From contig CAWBKB010000001.1 in assembly GCA_963789265.1 (NCBI GenBank), positions 672,001 through 736,000 on the forward strand: a DNA stretch of 64,000 nt, read 5' to 3'. Below the pieces are notes generated by a model that was not told where the DNA came from, ran no database searches, and was given only the letters and a program-made list of their open reading frames with translations. The stretch's first letter is position 1. Every line of letters starts with the position of its first letter. Below are positions 62,891 through 64,000 of the stretch, one piece after another. Source of the DNA: an uncultured delta proteobacterium. Lineage in GTDB: Bacteria > Desulfobacterota > Desulfomonilia > Desulfomonilales > Desulfomonilaceae. Made by a program: the position numbers and the translations under genes.

Positions 62891-63790
62891 ATGGACCGGG
62901 TAAGACACTTCTTGAGCCTGGCTGATTATTCGCGGGAGGATATTCTGGGTCTGCTCAATCGGGCTCGGGAGATGAAAAAGGGCATTCCCGGCAAAGGACC
63001 GGCTCGGCCGCTGGAGGGGCGCTCAATCGGAATGATATTTGAGAAGCCCTCCACACGCACCCGCGTCTCCTTCGATGTGGGCGTTCAGCAGCTTGGCGGT
63101 CATGCGATTTTCCTAAATTCGCGCGAAATACAGATCGGACGGGGCGAGCCCGTCAGCGACACCGCGCGAGTTTTGTCGAGGTATCTTGATGGAATCGTCA
63201 TTCGGACATTTGGCCATGAAATTCTGGAGGAGTTTGTGAAGTGGTCAACCGTGCCGATTATTAACGGACTTTCCGATTTGCTGCATCCCTGCCAGGTGCT
63301 CGGCGACCTACTCACGCTTCAGGAAGCTGGCATTGACATCAACAATATGAAAGCTTCTTGGGTCGGGGACGGAAATAACGTTGCAAACTCCTGGATCAAT
63401 GCCGCCGAACTGTTAGGATTCGAACTAGCTCTGGCATGCCCCGAAGGGTACGATCCCGAAGTAAAATCCAAGTCTGGAAGAGTTCGCGTCATGCGGGATC
63501 CCGTCGAAGCAGTTCGAGATGCCGACGTGATCTCGACTGATGTTTGGGCCTCAATGGGTCAGGAAGATCAAGTTCCTGAAAGGCAGCGAATATTCAAGAA
63601 TTATCAGGTGAATCTCACCCTGTTGGCGGATGCTGCACAGAAAGTTTACGTGCTGCATTGCCTTCCTGCGCACCGGGGCGAGGAAATTACCGATGAAGTT
63701 ATGGAATCGGATCACTCACTGATCTGGGATCAGGCGGAGAACAGACTTCACGTGCAGAAGGCAATATTGGAGATGTTGGTCGGAATGTGA
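62891..63790 (+). CDS. argF: Ornithine carbamoyltransferase
   Basis: STRTR, HPCQ, DVWASMG, HCLPAHRG. Confidence 0.97.
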   Translation: MDRVRHFLSLADYSREDILGLLNRAREMKKGIPGKGPARPLEGRSIGMIFEKPSTRTRVSFDVGVQQLGGHAIFLNSREIQIGRGEPVSDTARVLSRYLDGIVIRTFGHEILEEFVKWSTVPIINGLSDLLHPCQVLGDLLTLQEAGIDINNMKASWVGDGNNVANSWINAAELLGFELALACPEGYDPEVKSKSGRVRVMRDPVEAVRDADVISTDVWASMGQEDQVPERQRIFKNYQVNLTLLADAAQKVYVLHCLPAHRGEEITDEVMESDHSLIWDQAENRLHVQKAILEMLVGM

Positions 63791-63876
63791 ATCTCGGATT
63801 CCGTTTGAGGGAACTCGTCAGAGCCTATTGAGGGTTTGTCACCAGGTTGAATTCAGCCGTGAATCACGGAGGCTTC

Positions 63877-64000
63877 GTGAACGAAAAGAAGGTTAACAAA
63901 ATCGTATTGGCTTACTCGGGCGGCCTCGACACGTCCGTCATCCTACGATGGTTGATCGAGACTTATAACTGCCCCGTCGCGGCTTTTGCCGCGGATCTCG
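63877..64000 (+). CDS. argG: Argininosuccinate synthase, N-terminus (partial)
   Basis: GTG after [21 protein letters not shown]. Confidence 0.93.
   Translation, partial: MNEKKVNKIVLAYSGGLDTSVILRWLIETYNCPVAAFAADL

Overview
A ~64 kb chromosomal window from an anaerobic deltaproteobacterium, probably Desulfomonile-like (inferred from gene content). Housekeeping genes include korDABC, hemB-ahbD, murJ, rpsT and argBDFG. Accessory genes include an IS1182 element, a ~2,700-aa single-module ER-KS-AT-ACP-KR-DH synthase, and a divergent ~12.5 kb cluster that joins a xanthine-dehydrogenase-family enzyme, a PLP aminotransferase and GNAT proteins to a partner-switching (RsbW-like/STAS/SpoIIE) module. The top finding is at 38528-39235 (- strand), which the ORF track splits into pieces. 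It reads as one 235-codon MerB (organomercurial lyase)-like gene with two in-frame TGA codons at the positions of MerB's two catalytic cysteines. Each TGA is followed by a SECIS-like hairpin, so this is a predicted double-selenocysteine organometal lyase. It lies directly behind the remnant of a Liv-type ABC transporter gene. Intergenic DNA is dense with nested palindromic and MITE-like repeats. About a dozen single-base frameshifts in otherwise intact genes look like long-read assembly errors.
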